Counted from the first letter of the stretch, positions 13,064 through 28,009 are shown. The stretch: 64,000 nt of DNA from Octopus vulgaris (GCA_951406725.2 OX597826.1:40734001-40798000), one strand, 5' to 3'. Program-made: numbers and translations. The notes: generated by a model not told the origin, from the letters alone.

Positions 13064-13382
13064 ACACATATATACATATATATATATATGAATATAAATA
13101 TACATCTATATATGTATATATATATATATATATATATACATATATACGCGCGCACACACATATGTATGCATGCATATATGTAAGCACTATGTTTGTGTGT
13201 ATGTATGTATATCTGCATGTATATATGTATGTATGTATATCTGCATGTATGTATGTATGTATATGTTGTTGCTAGGGAGAATTTATCTTTGTCAAGGAGC
13301 TTAATTACTTCGGTAATGCGACTAAACAAGAGGCATACAGCTTCAGATAATAACTGGGTCCCTGTTTGATGTCACCAACACC

Positions 13383-13418
<36 letters not shown>

Positions 13419-13643
13419 ACTATCAACACTACCAACACCAACAACAAGAACAGCAACGACAACTCCAACAGCATCACTAACTACAACAACAACAACAACA
13501 ACAACAAAACAATATTCGATACTAAACCAATAGTGAAACCCACTTCCACCACCGCTGCTACCATACACCTTCGCATACACCATGACAGCCAAGAAGAGCT
13601 CAACCGCCTACCCTCGTACCTTCAGTTTCACTCGCACAGATAT

Positions 13644-13683
<40 letters not shown>

Positions 13684-13949
13684 TCACACATACACAGGCA
13701 TACACACACCCCCCATTCAATCTCGCCCTTTTTCACCTTTCTATCGGCCTCTCCCTAATAGAGGTTGCAGTTTGCAGTTTTTACGGGTGATCCGGGTGAG
13801 CCGGGTGAGACGGGTGGCTCTACTATGTTTACACTATGGAATGGTTCATTGATGAAAGTTACTTCCTAAAGCTATGAGTGTCAATCTGAAGACAGCTGGC
13901 CTCCTAATATGGCGTTTACGATATCATTAACACTCATATGAGTAGTTTA

Positions 13950-14160
<211 letters not shown>

Positions 14161-14225
14161 ATGTATATATATATATATACAGATACACACACACATACAT
14201 ATACAGACATACACACACACACATT

Positions 14226-14284
<59 letters not shown>

Positions 14285-14954
14285 AACACACATATAAATA
14301 TAAACAAAGATATACGTACATACACACACACACATATATATGTACACATAGAGACATAGCCAACTATGCATACACACATATACACCTACACAGTGACACA
14401 GTCAGTAAGATCCTAGCCACAATCTTTTAAACGGAGGTCAAACTGGTGTACAAGAGGATGTGACGCTGTTGCTGATGCTAATTAACCCAGCTGCATTGTA
14501 AATGAGGGTAAACCTATTTGGCGGTCTGAGTTCGAATCCTCGGTGAAGCCGTTTCACTTGCGCGCGCGCGCGCGCGTGTGTGTGTGTGTCCCACTTTCAA
14601 CACACTTTGCTGCCTTTATTGTCGTCCCTCTGTTTCTAATCCTTTAGGATATTCCTCCAAACGTTAGCCATATTTTTGTCTCCTGTCTAGCCCAAAGGTC
14701 TTATTCTGTTAATTTATATTATATCATTTGTATGCCCACATTCCGCTTTCTGTTTTTTTTTTCCTCTTTATCCTTTGTCCGTCCACTATTCGTCTCGTTT
14801 TGAATATTATTTCATTTGTATATTGTATATTGCATACTCACTTCATATTTGTATGTTCACTTTGTCGTATTTGGTCCCTTGCTTTTGACTCGCTAGTTCC
14901 CGGTGGCTTCTCGCGATATTATCGTCAAATGCGCGAAATTGCCGAGATAACTAA

Positions 14955-15246
14955 TCTAGGCTTCGACAAAGATCAACTGGCCAACCTCTTCCAAAGAACA
15001 TTCGGGCCGGGGCCTATGGATAATTACCAAAAGTCCCTGGCCTGGCAATGTTACAGAGGAGCTTTACCGGTTCGTGATAAGCTCTTAAGACATGGGTGTG
15101 CGCCTTCGCCGGTTTTTGCAAGATGCGAGCAGGGCAGTGAAACTGTCCTGCACGCGATTGTGCAATGCCCCAAGGTGACTGAGCTCTGGGCTTATGTCGA
15201 ACACCTGTTGTCGCATTCGAGAAGTGTACAACTGTCGAGCGAATCT
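14955..15246 (+). mobile_element. L1/Tx1-like LINE ORF2 fragment (zf-RVT-type region)
   Basis: KSLAWQCYRGALPVRDKLLRHG...ARCEQGSETVLHAIVQCP. Confidence 0.75.
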
Positions 15247-15332
15247 AGAAGAAGAAGAAGAAGAAGAAGAAGAAGAAGAAGAAGAAGAAGAAGAAGAAGA
15301 AGAAGAAGAAGAAGAAGAAGAAGAAGAAGAAG

Positions 15333-15958
<626 letters not shown>

Positions 15959-16032
15959 TAATAATAATAATAATATTAAAGGAGTTAAGTCAATTATACA
16001 TTGACCCCAGCACTCAACTTGTACTTAATTTA

Positions 16033-16191
16033 CATTATTTACATTCGTGGGATATTTGCCCTCATCTTTTCGATGTTATTAATATTATTGTTAGTGTTCA
16101 TGTCACTGCTTGGAATCGAACTCGGAACCTTCGGGTTAGTAGCCCGCACTCTTAATCACTACGCCATATGCCCGTGGGCATGAACACTAAC

Positions 16192-16288
<97 letters not shown>

Positions 16289-16455
16289 TCGAAAAATACC
16301 TTATGAATGAGAACTCAGGTTCGAAATTTCCCCAAGACACCTAAAGAAGGCTTGAGGGTATATCAGCTGAAACGTTGTGTTAACAACAAACAAGACGAGG
16401 ACAAATATCCGTCGAATGTAAATAATGTACATAGTTCCTCATCTCTTAGATTTAG
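16033..16455. mobile_element. tRNA-headed, hammerhead-bearing insert with inverted partial duplication and 17-bp TSD
   Basis: TSD AACT(T/G)GTACTTAATTTA at 16016-16032 and 16456-16472; minus-strand tRNA-like head 16104-16173; CATGAACACTAACAATAAT...ATCGAAAA present in both orientations. Confidence 0.7.
16337..16380 (+). ncRNA. Decayed minimal type I hammerhead motif
   Basis: ACAC-CTAAAGA-A-GGCTTG-agggtatat-CAGCT-GAAAC-GTT-GTGT; stem I ACAC/GTGT; G5 is mutated in this copy. Confidence 0.6.
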
Positions 16456-16576
16456 AACTGGTACTTAATTTATCGACCCCGAAAAGATGAAAGACAAAGC
16501 CGACCTCGGCGGAATTTGAGCTCAGAACTTTATGACGTGCGAAAAACCGCTAAGCATTTCGTCTAGCGAGATAACG

Positions 16577-16649
<73 letters not shown>

Positions 16650-16671
16650 TAACAACAACAACAACAACAAT

Positions 16672-16710
<39 letters not shown>

Positions 16711-17414
16711 AATAATATTAGTTTATAAAAATTAGTTCAAGTTCAACATTGGATAATGAATACCAAGATATATTGCCTGAAAATAAGCTGGTATGGTCAT
16801 AGTTGGAACGTCTTTGAACATAGTATGTTTGATCAGAACTTGCCTAGAGCTAAACGACAACAATAATCCACTGCCTTTGTATGATCGTCTTTGATAATCT
16901 TTGATGAAACACAAGGAACAATAGGAAATGTTGATTTTGCCACCGAAAACCAATGAGACATCGTGTTACTTCGACATCGTGATGTGTCTTGGAATTTGGT
17001 TTCAAAACGACTAATGACTGATTTCTGTTGTTACATTAAGGCAGGGTGTGACGCCATCTGATATCTCCGACCTACTGCTGCGACTACTGCTGCCCCTTCT
17101 GCTGCTATCAGAGACAGGTTAATACAAATGATTGTTGCTTTACAACATTGTTATCTTCCTATCGGTGTGATTATTACAAAGAAAAGCTTTTTACATACGA
17201 AAACAAATAAATAAATAAATAAATAAATAAATAAAATAAAGTACTTCTCCGACTGCTAACGCTATGTCGAGATTAATGTCGGCTTGAAACACAGCGGTTT
17301 TGATTATTTTGTTATGTTGTGCTGTTAGTTATTTCTTGGTTCTCCTATTACACCCCCTCCGTGACCACCACCACCTGCTGGTCTACGTTCTCTTCCCCCT
17401 TTCCTCATCTCTCT

Positions 17415-17491
<77 letters not shown>

Positions 17492-17867
17492 TTTCATATG
17501 AATTCACTGATTCAACAACTAATGTTATGACAAAATACATTCGAACCTTAAAAACATCTTGTTAACGTCTATACATACATATATACATACATACCTATCT
17601 ACCTACCTACATACATACATACATACATACATACATACATACATACATACATACATACATACATACACATACATACATACATACATACGCCCAGTGCATT
17701 GATTTACACGAGGCCTGTAAGTCTGCTTAGACGGCTCTGTATGTGTATATGTATGTATGTATGCATGTATGTATGCATGTATGTATGTATATATAAATAT
17801 ATATACACACACACATAAATATATATATCGATACATAATACATATGCTCATATACATACAGCTAAAA

Positions 17868-17902
<35 letters not shown>

Positions 17903-19331
17903 TATGTATGTGTGTGTGGCTATATGTGTGTGTGGTGTGTGTATGTAAATCTGTGTGTGTCTATATGTGTGTACGTGTGTGAGTGGGTGTAAAACAAAGA
18001 ATATACCTCAAATATTCTACATAAGAATGTTACCTCATGGGTCATATAAATGCTTTGGTCACTATTCACATCGTCAGCCACTGTTGAATTAGAGCCAGAT
18101 ATCTGTTTAGTCACACAATACCTCTAACTACTCGTCTTAATTCTCATTGGTCCAGTTCTTCCAGCTTATAATAAGTGCAACCTAACTAACTATAAGCGCA
18201 ACACGAATTCCCTACGTGGTCACTTGTCTTACTAAAAATAGCAACCAAATTCCCTTCAAATTATATCCTACCCTCTTAGCAAAGGTCCGATTAGATAGTA
18301 TTGTCACAGAGAGAATGCCTTCGATCTTATGCCCGTCTAATCAGAGATGAAGTGAGAAAAGGAGCAAGAACGCAACGACTACATAAATTGATTACTTGCC
18401 CAGCTTTGCTGCAAGACATCATTGAAGATACCATGTGTGCAGTCTATCTTCTGTAAAGCAAATGGGGTGCAGGGATATAAAGTTAATGTGGCTTTGCAAT
18501 GTAACGAGTGCTCCGTTAGGATGCAATAGCACGTTCGAATCTCAACGTCGCTAAACATCAACAGAGTTAGTAGTAGAGTAGAAGGATAGCGGCAGTGATT
18601 CGTTCGCCTCAACAAGCAGTAAATACAAACTGTTCACACAAAAGACGGTCCCAGAGTGATGGATCGACAGAACTGTGAGAATGCTGGACCAGATGCCTTG
18701 CAGTATTTGTTCCGGCTCTTTCTTAGTGTTCTGAGTTCAAATCCTATTGTGGCCTACATAGGCGATGAACTTCATTCTTTGATTGGTTTAACACCATCGC
18801 TTGACACCTCGGGAGCCTGCCTCATGCAGAGAAGGACCTAAAGATTCGGGTGGCTCACTTCATTTGAAAACTTTGCGTCTACCATTGATGTAGCTTGGAG
18901 TTTACCACTGATGTAGCTTGGGGTGGGTTCAACAAGAATGAGTTGTTCGTGATACATCCTAAGGAGGTAACGTGGTACACTTATAAAACTCACATCTGTA
19001 CCATTCATCAGTGGTGGGTTTGTGTTCGTGCGTGTGTGTGTGCGTGTTTTAAATTAATTGCTATTTGTCATTTAAGAGCGTATCTATGGTAGTTCGTATC
19101 TTCACATCTCAGGTGATTAATGGTGATGAAGCTAACGACGTCGACGACAGCAGCGGCAATGATATGATGACGACGACAACAACGGCTACGACTACAATGA
19201 CGACGATGATGATGATGATAATGTTTTTTTTCCTAAAAGAAAAAGAAAAGATGCTCTTCTTTCGAACCGTGAATTTTGAGTATACACGGATTTTTGACTC
19301 ACCATGCAAAGTAAATTTTGAGGTTAAACCA

Positions 19332-19401
<70 letters not shown>

Positions 19402-20666
19402 GTAATTTTTTGTTAATCACTCATTCTCATTTAATTGTACATATTTTAATTGTTTGTTAATTCATACGTTTCGTCTCATTCGATACCATGACCCCAACGT
19501 TTGTTTTGTCTGTCCCCGTATTGTCCCCTCTTCTTCTCAACCTTATGGTGAATAAAGAAATAGTCTCTCTCTGTAATTAAGAAAAGGAAATCGCCCTGGC
19601 TAGTGTCAGTATGCCTTGCCTCATCAGAGATCAGTTACACATTTTGCTGACCACAGAGACAATAGTAACTTGTAGGCTGTGTATGATATACACAAACAAG
19701 AATAGAATTAAATTCACCCAGTCCTACTTTGCATAAAAGAATAAACGCAAGCAGTATGAACAATTAGTTTTAAAAATTACAAGTTACCACCTTATGTTTA
19801 ATAGACCTGCAACATAAACCTACGTGCAAGTGTGCAGAGTAAACAGTTTCGTTGCCAAAAGTGGATACCCAAGCTAAATCATAATTTTCTATCTTTATTT
19901 TTTCTCCTCACGCCAGTGCTTGTACCGTTACAAGAAGTAGGGCAGACCAATTTAATTCTATTTGAATTTGTGCATAGCATAAACAGCTATAAAGTACTAT
20001 TTTTTCTATAGTCAGAACAGCACGTTACACATGCCTGATGAAGCGATAAAAAAAATACAATACTAAAAACCAATTAGGTCAGTTTCTTTTATTGTCTATC
20101 TTGAATATGGATCTTCTACTATATTTTCGGATTGATAAATACATTGACGGAAGCTGCCAAGAGCCTCCTAGAAAAAGACAGTGTCTTTCCCTTAATGACA
20201 TGTTAATTCCGATAAACTGTTGACTCCTTGAGATTATTTCACCTTTGCATTCAGAGATGGGGGCATAACCTTCATTAATAACGATTACCGTTAGGTGTTT
20301 GTTTACCTTCTCTCAAAATTTCAATGTATTCTGTATGATATTTGGTATTCCTTTCTTCGTTTTTATTGATTACAGTGAATTATTTCTCTTAACATATTTT
20401 ATTTATATATACGTATAGGCATACATATCAATGTATGTATGCATATATATATATATATAACTCGAATTATTACGAATTGGACAGCCATGAAACGATCGTA
20501 GTGTTTTACTCATTATCTTTTATTAAACTTTTAATAATTTTGATATATATTTAAAATAATATAAATTAATTAATTTTATGTATTGGCTTAAGTTTTTCAT
20601 TGTTTGATTTGCCTAATAGTGGTTTTATCTCTAATTTAATATAATATAATATATATATAACATAAG

Positions 20667-20914
20667 GGACTAAAGCCATCTGAATATGGCTAGGGACAGG
20701 GCAGGGTGGTGGGGGTGTTACTGTTGCATTTAGCCCCAGGCGAACATCGACGTCACCAGGTAGGCCCGACACCGTCACGGTGTCCTTTAACCTGCAAAGG
20801 GAGGTAATTCCCCGATGAAGCGGAAACCACACACGGACCATGGTTTCAAGGTGTATTGCCTATCATCGGCGTGTGGTAGGCCTTCGCTTCCTCGACGAAT
20901 TCTCACTCTGCAGG
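20667..20914 (+). other. GC-rich multi-helix island, candidate structured RNA or retroelement 5' UTR
   Basis: Helices GGGACTAAA/TTTAGCCCC, GCCAT/ATGGC, GACACCGT/ACGGTGTC, CCTGCA/TGCAGG, AATTC/GAATT, GAAGCG/CGCTTC, GAAACCA/TGGTTTC, GCCTATCA/TGGTAGGC. Confidence 0.5.
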
Positions 20915-21019
20915 ATATTCATATATAGATTTTCAAGCAAAATACATTTGCTGATTTCGAAAATCTGTTCGAAAGCAATAATAATTCTCTAAAAGAGATA
21001 TAGACAGTAACTGCTCGAT

Positions 21020-21073
<54 letters not shown>

Positions 21074-21681
21074 TAAAGTTGAAGTGGAGAACAAATATAT
21101 AGTACGTGTGTTTAATTGGCAAAATATGACCAGCCCCAAGTATAACAATATATATCAATACACACACACACACATACACACACAATGAACGCATACATAC
21201 ACACATACATAAACACAAACATACACACATACGTGTGTGTGTATGTGTGTGTATGTGTCTATGTCGGTCACGTAGTATGGCCTTTATGTCGCGTTCAACA
21301 AACAAAAACAAAAACGATGAAATAAATGAGGTCGATATGATTAACTTTTCCTTTTAGCTAGTGCACCAGCATGGCCGCAGTTTATTGAGTAAATGTAATC
21401 AAATAATGTGTGTTGGATGTTTGGCATAGTTTTTCTCTTTCTCTCTCTCTCTCTCTCTCCCTCTCCCTCGCTCTCTCTCTCTCTCTCTTTCTTTCTCTCT
21501 CTTTCTTTCTCTCTCTTTCTCTCTATCGATACACACACACATACACTTATATATGTGTATGCGCGTATATCTAAACATCTGTCCAAATCTCTCCTTTTCA
21601 CTTCTTCAACAGTCACACACATACATATATTATACATACATACACATACATACATACATACACATACAGACACACATACGT

Positions 21682-21720
<39 letters not shown>

Positions 21721-21786
21721 CATACATACATACATACATACATACATACATACATACATACATACATACATACATACATACATACA

Positions 21787-21820
<34 letters not shown>

Positions 21821-22228
21821 CATACATACATACATATACAATCATAATATTGTGTAAGCAAATTTATTTGAAGTAAAAGTTCTTTCTTTGAATGTTTTAT
21901 TTCTTTTCTGTTTTTGTTCATTATAATTTATTATATTTATTTATTTTATTCTTTATTTTGTTCTTCTTTGACTTGATCGATGTAATTCTACTGAAAAATG
22001 GACGGCAAAATGACATTATTTGGAATATTAATCGATTCCGTTCACTATCAGATTCCTTGTTGATAATTTAGGGCTCATAATTCTTTTGAGGGTGTCGACA
22101 GAACCTTAGGAAATTATCGCAAGCTTTGCTATGAAAATAATGGTCCTTTTGGGTGGTGGTGATGGTGGTGATGGTAGGGGACGTGGTGGTGGTGATGATG
22201 GTAGAAGCATCTACCAGCAGCATCAACT

Positions 22229-22308
<80 letters not shown>

Positions 22309-22323
22309 GGTGGTGGTGGTGGC

Positions 22324-22354
<31 letters not shown>

Positions 22355-22384
22355 ATGGTGGTGGTGGTGGTGGTGGTGGTGGTG

Positions 22385-22451
<67 letters not shown>

Positions 22452-22923
22452 CTCTATCGAAAGCGACTGAGAAGAGTAACAGACATATAGAAGTTCTTGA
22501 AGTACGTATAATTATGCTGTTGTTGTTTGTTGTTGCTATTATTGTTGTGGTTGTTGTTGTTGTTGTTGGGGGTTATTTAAAGGATTGTGACAGTCAGGGG
22601 AAATGTTAGATGTAGCATGTAGAGCATAGTAAGATAAAACTTTTATATCCCACTGTGTCATACATATATACATAACATATACGTGCATATATGTGTGTGA
22701 GGGTGTGAGTGCGAGCGCGTGTGTGTCTATTTTATGTATGTTATTTATGTATTACATCTGTATATATGTACATACTATATAGTATGCATATAGGGATACG
22801 CACGCGCTCACACACAAGTATGTATGTATATATGCATACATATATATATGTGCATATATATGTATGTTTACTTATGCAAAAGCGCACTGTGACAAGCGAT
22901 GTGTTACATGTTAGCCTGGTCGG

Positions 22924-23047
22924 TCACATGGTTTCGGGTTCAGTCCCATTGCGTGGCACCTTGAGCAAGTGGCTTCTGCTATAGCCTCGGGCTGACCAAA
23001 CACTTGTGAGTGGATCTGGTAGACGGAAACTGAAAGTAGCCTGTCGG

Positions 23048-23104
<57 letters not shown>

Positions 23105-23300
23105 TGACTGTGTTTGTCCCCCCACCATCGCTTGACAACCGATGTTGGTGTGTTTACGTGCCTGTAACTTAGCGATTCGGCAAAAGAGACCGATAGAATA
23201 AGTACTAGGCTTACAAAGAATAAGTCCTGAGGTCGATTTGTTCGACTAAAAATGGTTGGTGGTGCCCCAGCATGGTCACAACATTATGGCTGAATCTTAT
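22924..23300 (+). mobile_element. SINE family 1, near full length
   Basis: Matches 58434-58847; internal (TG)n. Confidence 0.85.
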
Positions 23301-23309
23301 AAAAGAAAG

Positions 23310-23550
23310 AAGCTTATATAGCGTACACGCAGCTTATATGCTCTTTCTGTATAGCTTATATATAGTTCGTATGCATAAGCTTCTATACGGCTTATAAAGA
23401 GCTTATATATGACATATATACAGCTTATATATATGCCTCATATATAGCCCATATTTATATTACAGCATACATACACCTTCTATACAGTTTATATACAGTT
23501 TCTATATACTTTATGTAGAGCTAATATACGACTTGTATACAGTTTATATA
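23310..23550. repeat. Degenerate ~11-bp minisatellite (ATATACAGCTT-like)
   Basis: Recurrent AGCTTATAT/CAGTTTATAT units. Confidence 0.7.
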
Positions 23551-23574
23551 ATACCAGACTTCATTTCATTTTCA

Positions 23575-24047
23575 GGGAAAGGGTACACCAGGCACAAGCA
23601 TCACAACCACATGTGCGCAACATAATGATCTCATAGGAAGATGAGGAGCACATGACCTTGCAGGTAGGGTCCAGTTAGAATTTTCTTTGGGTAGAGTATT
23701 CCATCCCACTCAAAAGGTCCCTGAATGAGGGTTGTTTAAAGATTTTGAACGAAACACCCATGTTTCCAGAGGTGAATTATTCAAACCCCCCAAAGAATTC
23801 CTCTTAATACATGATGCTCTACCAACTACTTCTGCTCGTGATCAGAGATGCACATATTGTCAGCCATTAAGGGACATGCTCAACTGGTCATAGTCAAATA
23901 ATTGACAAGCAAATCTGTGGTATTGAGCAGAATATTTGCTGTAGCCCATCTTTTACACCAAGACAAAACATGTGCATGATAACACTTCCAATCAGTTATG
24001 ATCAGAAGCCATGAGAACCACCGCCCGGTGTTGCATCAGGGCATTTA
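23575..24047 (-). mobile_element. Probable LINE 5' region remnant inserted in a TAA-like tract
   Basis: Starts after (TAA)-like repeat on the minus strand with a hairpin CTTCTGATCA/TGATTGGAAG; no clear protein motif. Confidence 0.35.
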
Positions 24048-24823
24048 TGATTATCATTATTATTGTCAGCTTGGCAAACCACGCTTGATCTCGCTCCGTG
24101 GATTTTGTAAGGAAAAACATACAATACGTGTATTTGTACCTTGAAGTTTCTACCATCGTGGAAAGTTAATTGCTGTCGACTGGTGAGTTTCTTTTCCTCC
24201 AATTTTAGGGGGCGAGTCAATTGAATTAAATTTTTAGTCAAAATTCTGTTTGCGCTTTCCCTGTCAACGTGGAGGAAACACAACAGAATACGGTGACGCT
24301 CATATGTGAAAGAGGAGGAGAGAGTCATTAAGAGAGAGTGTGGACAGAGGGCCAAATTTTTTCGAGAAAGATCTCTTAAAGGCTCCCGTTTCGACAACAT
24401 GATTCAAAATAGCAACAATACCTTTGAAAATATAAATAACGAAAGCCATTCCGTGTGTGAAGTGACACAACAAACAACAACAGCAATAACAACTACTACA
24501 ACAACACTAGTACAGGTGAAACAACAACAACAACAGCAGTAGTAACACCAACAACAACGATAAGAACGACGAAGAAACTGAGCAACAAGCTGGTGCAACG
24601 GCTTGGAATAGCACTAAACTTTCTTCCTCTCTTCTGAGAAGAGGAATTTAGAAATGCTAGACAGCTAGTCGAGCGAGATATCAAGCTAAACACTCCCATA
24701 GACACTATCCAAAGTATGTTGCGTCGCACAGTGACGTACTGTACAACTGGATTAAAGTCAAGGAAGGTGGAAAGAACCACAGAGGCTCAAATATAAAAAG
24801 GCTGTAGGTTTTGTCTGGAACCT

Positions 24824-24965
24824 AAAGGAATACATACAGATTGGAAGGGGCTACGGGATGATGGAGGTGGGATTCCGCACAAAAGGAACGCAAAGGAATA
24901 CATACAGAGAGGAAGGGGCTACGGGATGATGGAGGTGAGATTCAACACAAAGAAGGAAGCTAAAG
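24824..24965. repeat. 68-bp tandem duplication
   Basis: AAAGGAATACATACAGA..GGAAGGGGCTACGGGATGATGGAGGTG at 24824 and 24892. Confidence 0.9.
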
Positions 24966-25129
24966 ATGGATGCACCCAAAACAGACACTGGTTCGCCACC
25001 TCTACCGAACACCTGAAACACTACCTCAACCAACAACACCACATGCACGAGCCATCCCAGACACACAACCGCAACAATCACAACCACAATGATAAGAGCA
25101 ACAGCAGCAGCAACAACAATTACAAACTA

Positions 25130-25975
25130 TCAGATTGAGTAAAAAGTAAGCAACGTTTTGAACAATCGAGAATTTGTACCGGATTTTTGCAGTTTTGAAT
25201 GTTTTTTCTAAACATTTTTTTGTCTGAAAACACAGACATAGACTTGCCCAAATGCATCAATAATTTAACATTGATATTTTTTTCACCGTTGTTACAATCA
25301 CCTGAAATGGAATAGTCAAAGCGCGATATTCGAGCAATTTTACTATTCAACTTCAAAAAAAAAGGATGTAAAGTAGCTGAAACTGCTCGCGATATCAACG
25401 AAACGTTTGATGGGGAAATGACCAGTGAGTGGTCAGCTCGAAAATAGTTTAAACGCAGTGGAGACCTGAGACTTGAAGATCGTGAGCGTAGTGGACGCCC
25501 ATCTGTCATCGACGACGGTCAATTAATGACCGTCATTGATAAAGGCCCACGTAAAACCACTCGAGAACTGGCAAAAGAACTTCAAGTTAGCCAGAAAACT
25601 GCCTGCAACTATTTGCATACGATCAGAAAATCAAAAATGCTCGACAAATGAGTACCACACGATTTGAGTGAAAATCAGAAAATTGCAGATATGAAATTTA
25701 CTCGTCGCTTCTTCTCCGTAACCAGATCGATCCATTTCTCGACTGTATTGTAACTTGCGACGAAAAGTGGATTCTGTACAATAATAAAAAATGGTTCTTC
25801 GCAGTGGTTGGACCAAAATGAAGCACCAAAAACCTTCCTTATACCCGAACTCTTCAAAAAGAAGGTAATGGTGACTGTTTGGCAGTGTACTGCTGAACTC
25901 GTCCACTATAACTTCTTAAAACCCGGAAAAACCGTTATTGCAGAAACAAATTGCCATGAAATTGCCAAAATTGCC
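25130..25975 (+). pseudogene. Mariner transposon remnant (transposase pseudogene, 3' truncated)
   Basis: ETARDINETF...LEDRERSGRPS...TTRELAKEL...K*VPHDL...IVTCDEKWILYNN...KKVMVTVW; stops and frameshifts. Confidence 0.9.
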
Positions 25976-26278
25976 ATTTTAGCAGTCTCTTAATCTTTTC
26001 AATACGCAATTAACTACTTCTAGGAATGCATCCTCCCAGTACAACCCACCCGAGATATCAAGGAAACTTATGTAAACAATGCAATAAACAGTGCAATATT
26101 CTGACAAGCTCTGTGACTTGCGCAAAGTCGCTAGATCCCATCGTTATATCAAAATTATTAGATCTGTATTTCCTGGTCTATAATTTCTCATCAAACTTTG
26201 TAACTAGGCGTCTAGAACTTAAAGATAATACCCATATCCCTACGGGTGAAAGAAAAAGTTTTCATTACAAAACATACG

Positions 26279-26434
26279 ACGGTTTCTTTCAGCTTCCGCC
26301 TACCAAATACACAGACCAGGCTTTGGTAGACCCGAGACCTATAGAAGAAGACAATAGGCCAAGGTGCAACTCAGTGGGACAGAACCCGGAAGTATGTGGT
26401 TGGGAAGCAAGCTTCTAACCACACAGCTACGCCC
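26279..26434 (-). mobile_element. SINE family 1, 5' half
   Basis: Diverged match to the SINE head. Confidence 0.7.
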
Positions 26435-27018
26435 GATTTATATATATATATATATATATAGTGAGAAATTTTCAATCCAGCAAAAATGCTTCGTAAGTTC
26501 TCTGGTGGCACACCACACATCAGGCTAACAAAATTAATTGGATTAAAGAAGAACATTTTTGGTAGGTATTCTTTTGGTAGGGTTCCAAGTTATGGTTCAT
26601 CACAATTCTATATTGTAAATCCGTGGATGGTCTCCATATAAACTGGTTTTTACAGAGTGACTATAAATGGAGTGAGTATAATGATTGCTGGAAAGAGCTG
26701 CAAACCAAATTTGCTCCAACAAATGAATTATATGGAATGACCATTATTTTAACTTGTTCCTTACACACACACGCACACACATACATATGAGTATGTATGT
26801 GTGTATGTATGTATGTATGTATGTATGTATGTATGTATGTATGTATGTATGTATGTATGTTTGTATGTATGTATGTATGTGCATATATATGTATGTATGT
26901 ATAATGTATGTATGTAAGTACGTATGCATGTATTTTCACTGTGACAACTAAAACTGGATAACTAAAGATTATGCACAAGAAGCAAACATACATTCATAAA
27001 TAATACTCCCATACGCAG

Positions 27019-27097
<79 letters not shown>

Positions 27098-27315
27098 TAC
27101 ACACACTCATACACACATACACACGTGCACGAGAAGTTGTTGTTTTTTTATAGATTAATGTTTTAGTCAAACAGCAACCAATAAATACCTGTTTCTGCAG
27201 TGAAATAATAATCATTTTTGCAATAATACAATGTTAAAAATAAATCTGTTTGTAAAAGAGATTATTTATTTTATGCATGCAGAAATACACATGTACTCAC
27301 AACACACACACACGC

Positions 27316-27354
<39 letters not shown>

Positions 27355-27958
27355 TACACACAAATATGATAATGATGACGATGATGACGTTCATGATGAT
27401 GGCGATGACTTTCGTGTATATGATCGTAATGATTATGATGACAATCATGCTATTTTTGTTTATGATGATGATGACGATGACGTTTATGATGATGATGGCG
27501 GCGGCGGCGGCGGCGGTGGTGGTGGTGGTGGTGGTGGTGGTGGTGGTGGTGGTGGTGGTGGTGGTGGTGGTAGTGGCGGTGCTGGCGATGGAGGTGGTGG
27601 TGGTGGTGGAGGTGGTGGTGGTGGTGGTGGTGGTGGTGGTGGTGGTTATGGTTGTGATGATGATGGTGATAGTGATCATGATGGTGGGGGTGGGGGTATT
27701 GGTGGTGGTAATGGCGGTGGTGGTAATAGTGGTGGTAGAAGCAATGATGATCCCGTATAATATCTTGATCTAGTTGTATTATCATATATATACATAGATA
27801 GATCACATCATGTGATACCATAACGACATCATGGAATAAACTGTCGCCATCTTGAAAGAAAACCAGAGTGAGACAGGATGAGGAGACAATCATTCCACAC
27901 ATATTCCGGCTTTACAAACTACACATGCATACATAAACACACAATCATATATATAAAC

Positions 27959-28009
<51 letters not shown>

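Larger units (their letters stand above)
15977..16568 (-). mobile_element. tRNA-derived SINE family 2, split by an insertion at 16033-16455
   Basis: 15977-16032 and 16456-16568 join into the sequence seen intact at 60187-60388. Confidence 0.7.

Noticed and set aside
16104-16173. Genuine tRNA gene
   Set aside because: The acceptor stem does not pair and the ACT anticodon is atypical; better explained as a SINE head.
20663-20745. Minus-strand twister-like GTCCCTAGCC
   Set aside because: No P4 closure or GAGGG partner; the plus-strand fold is more consistent.
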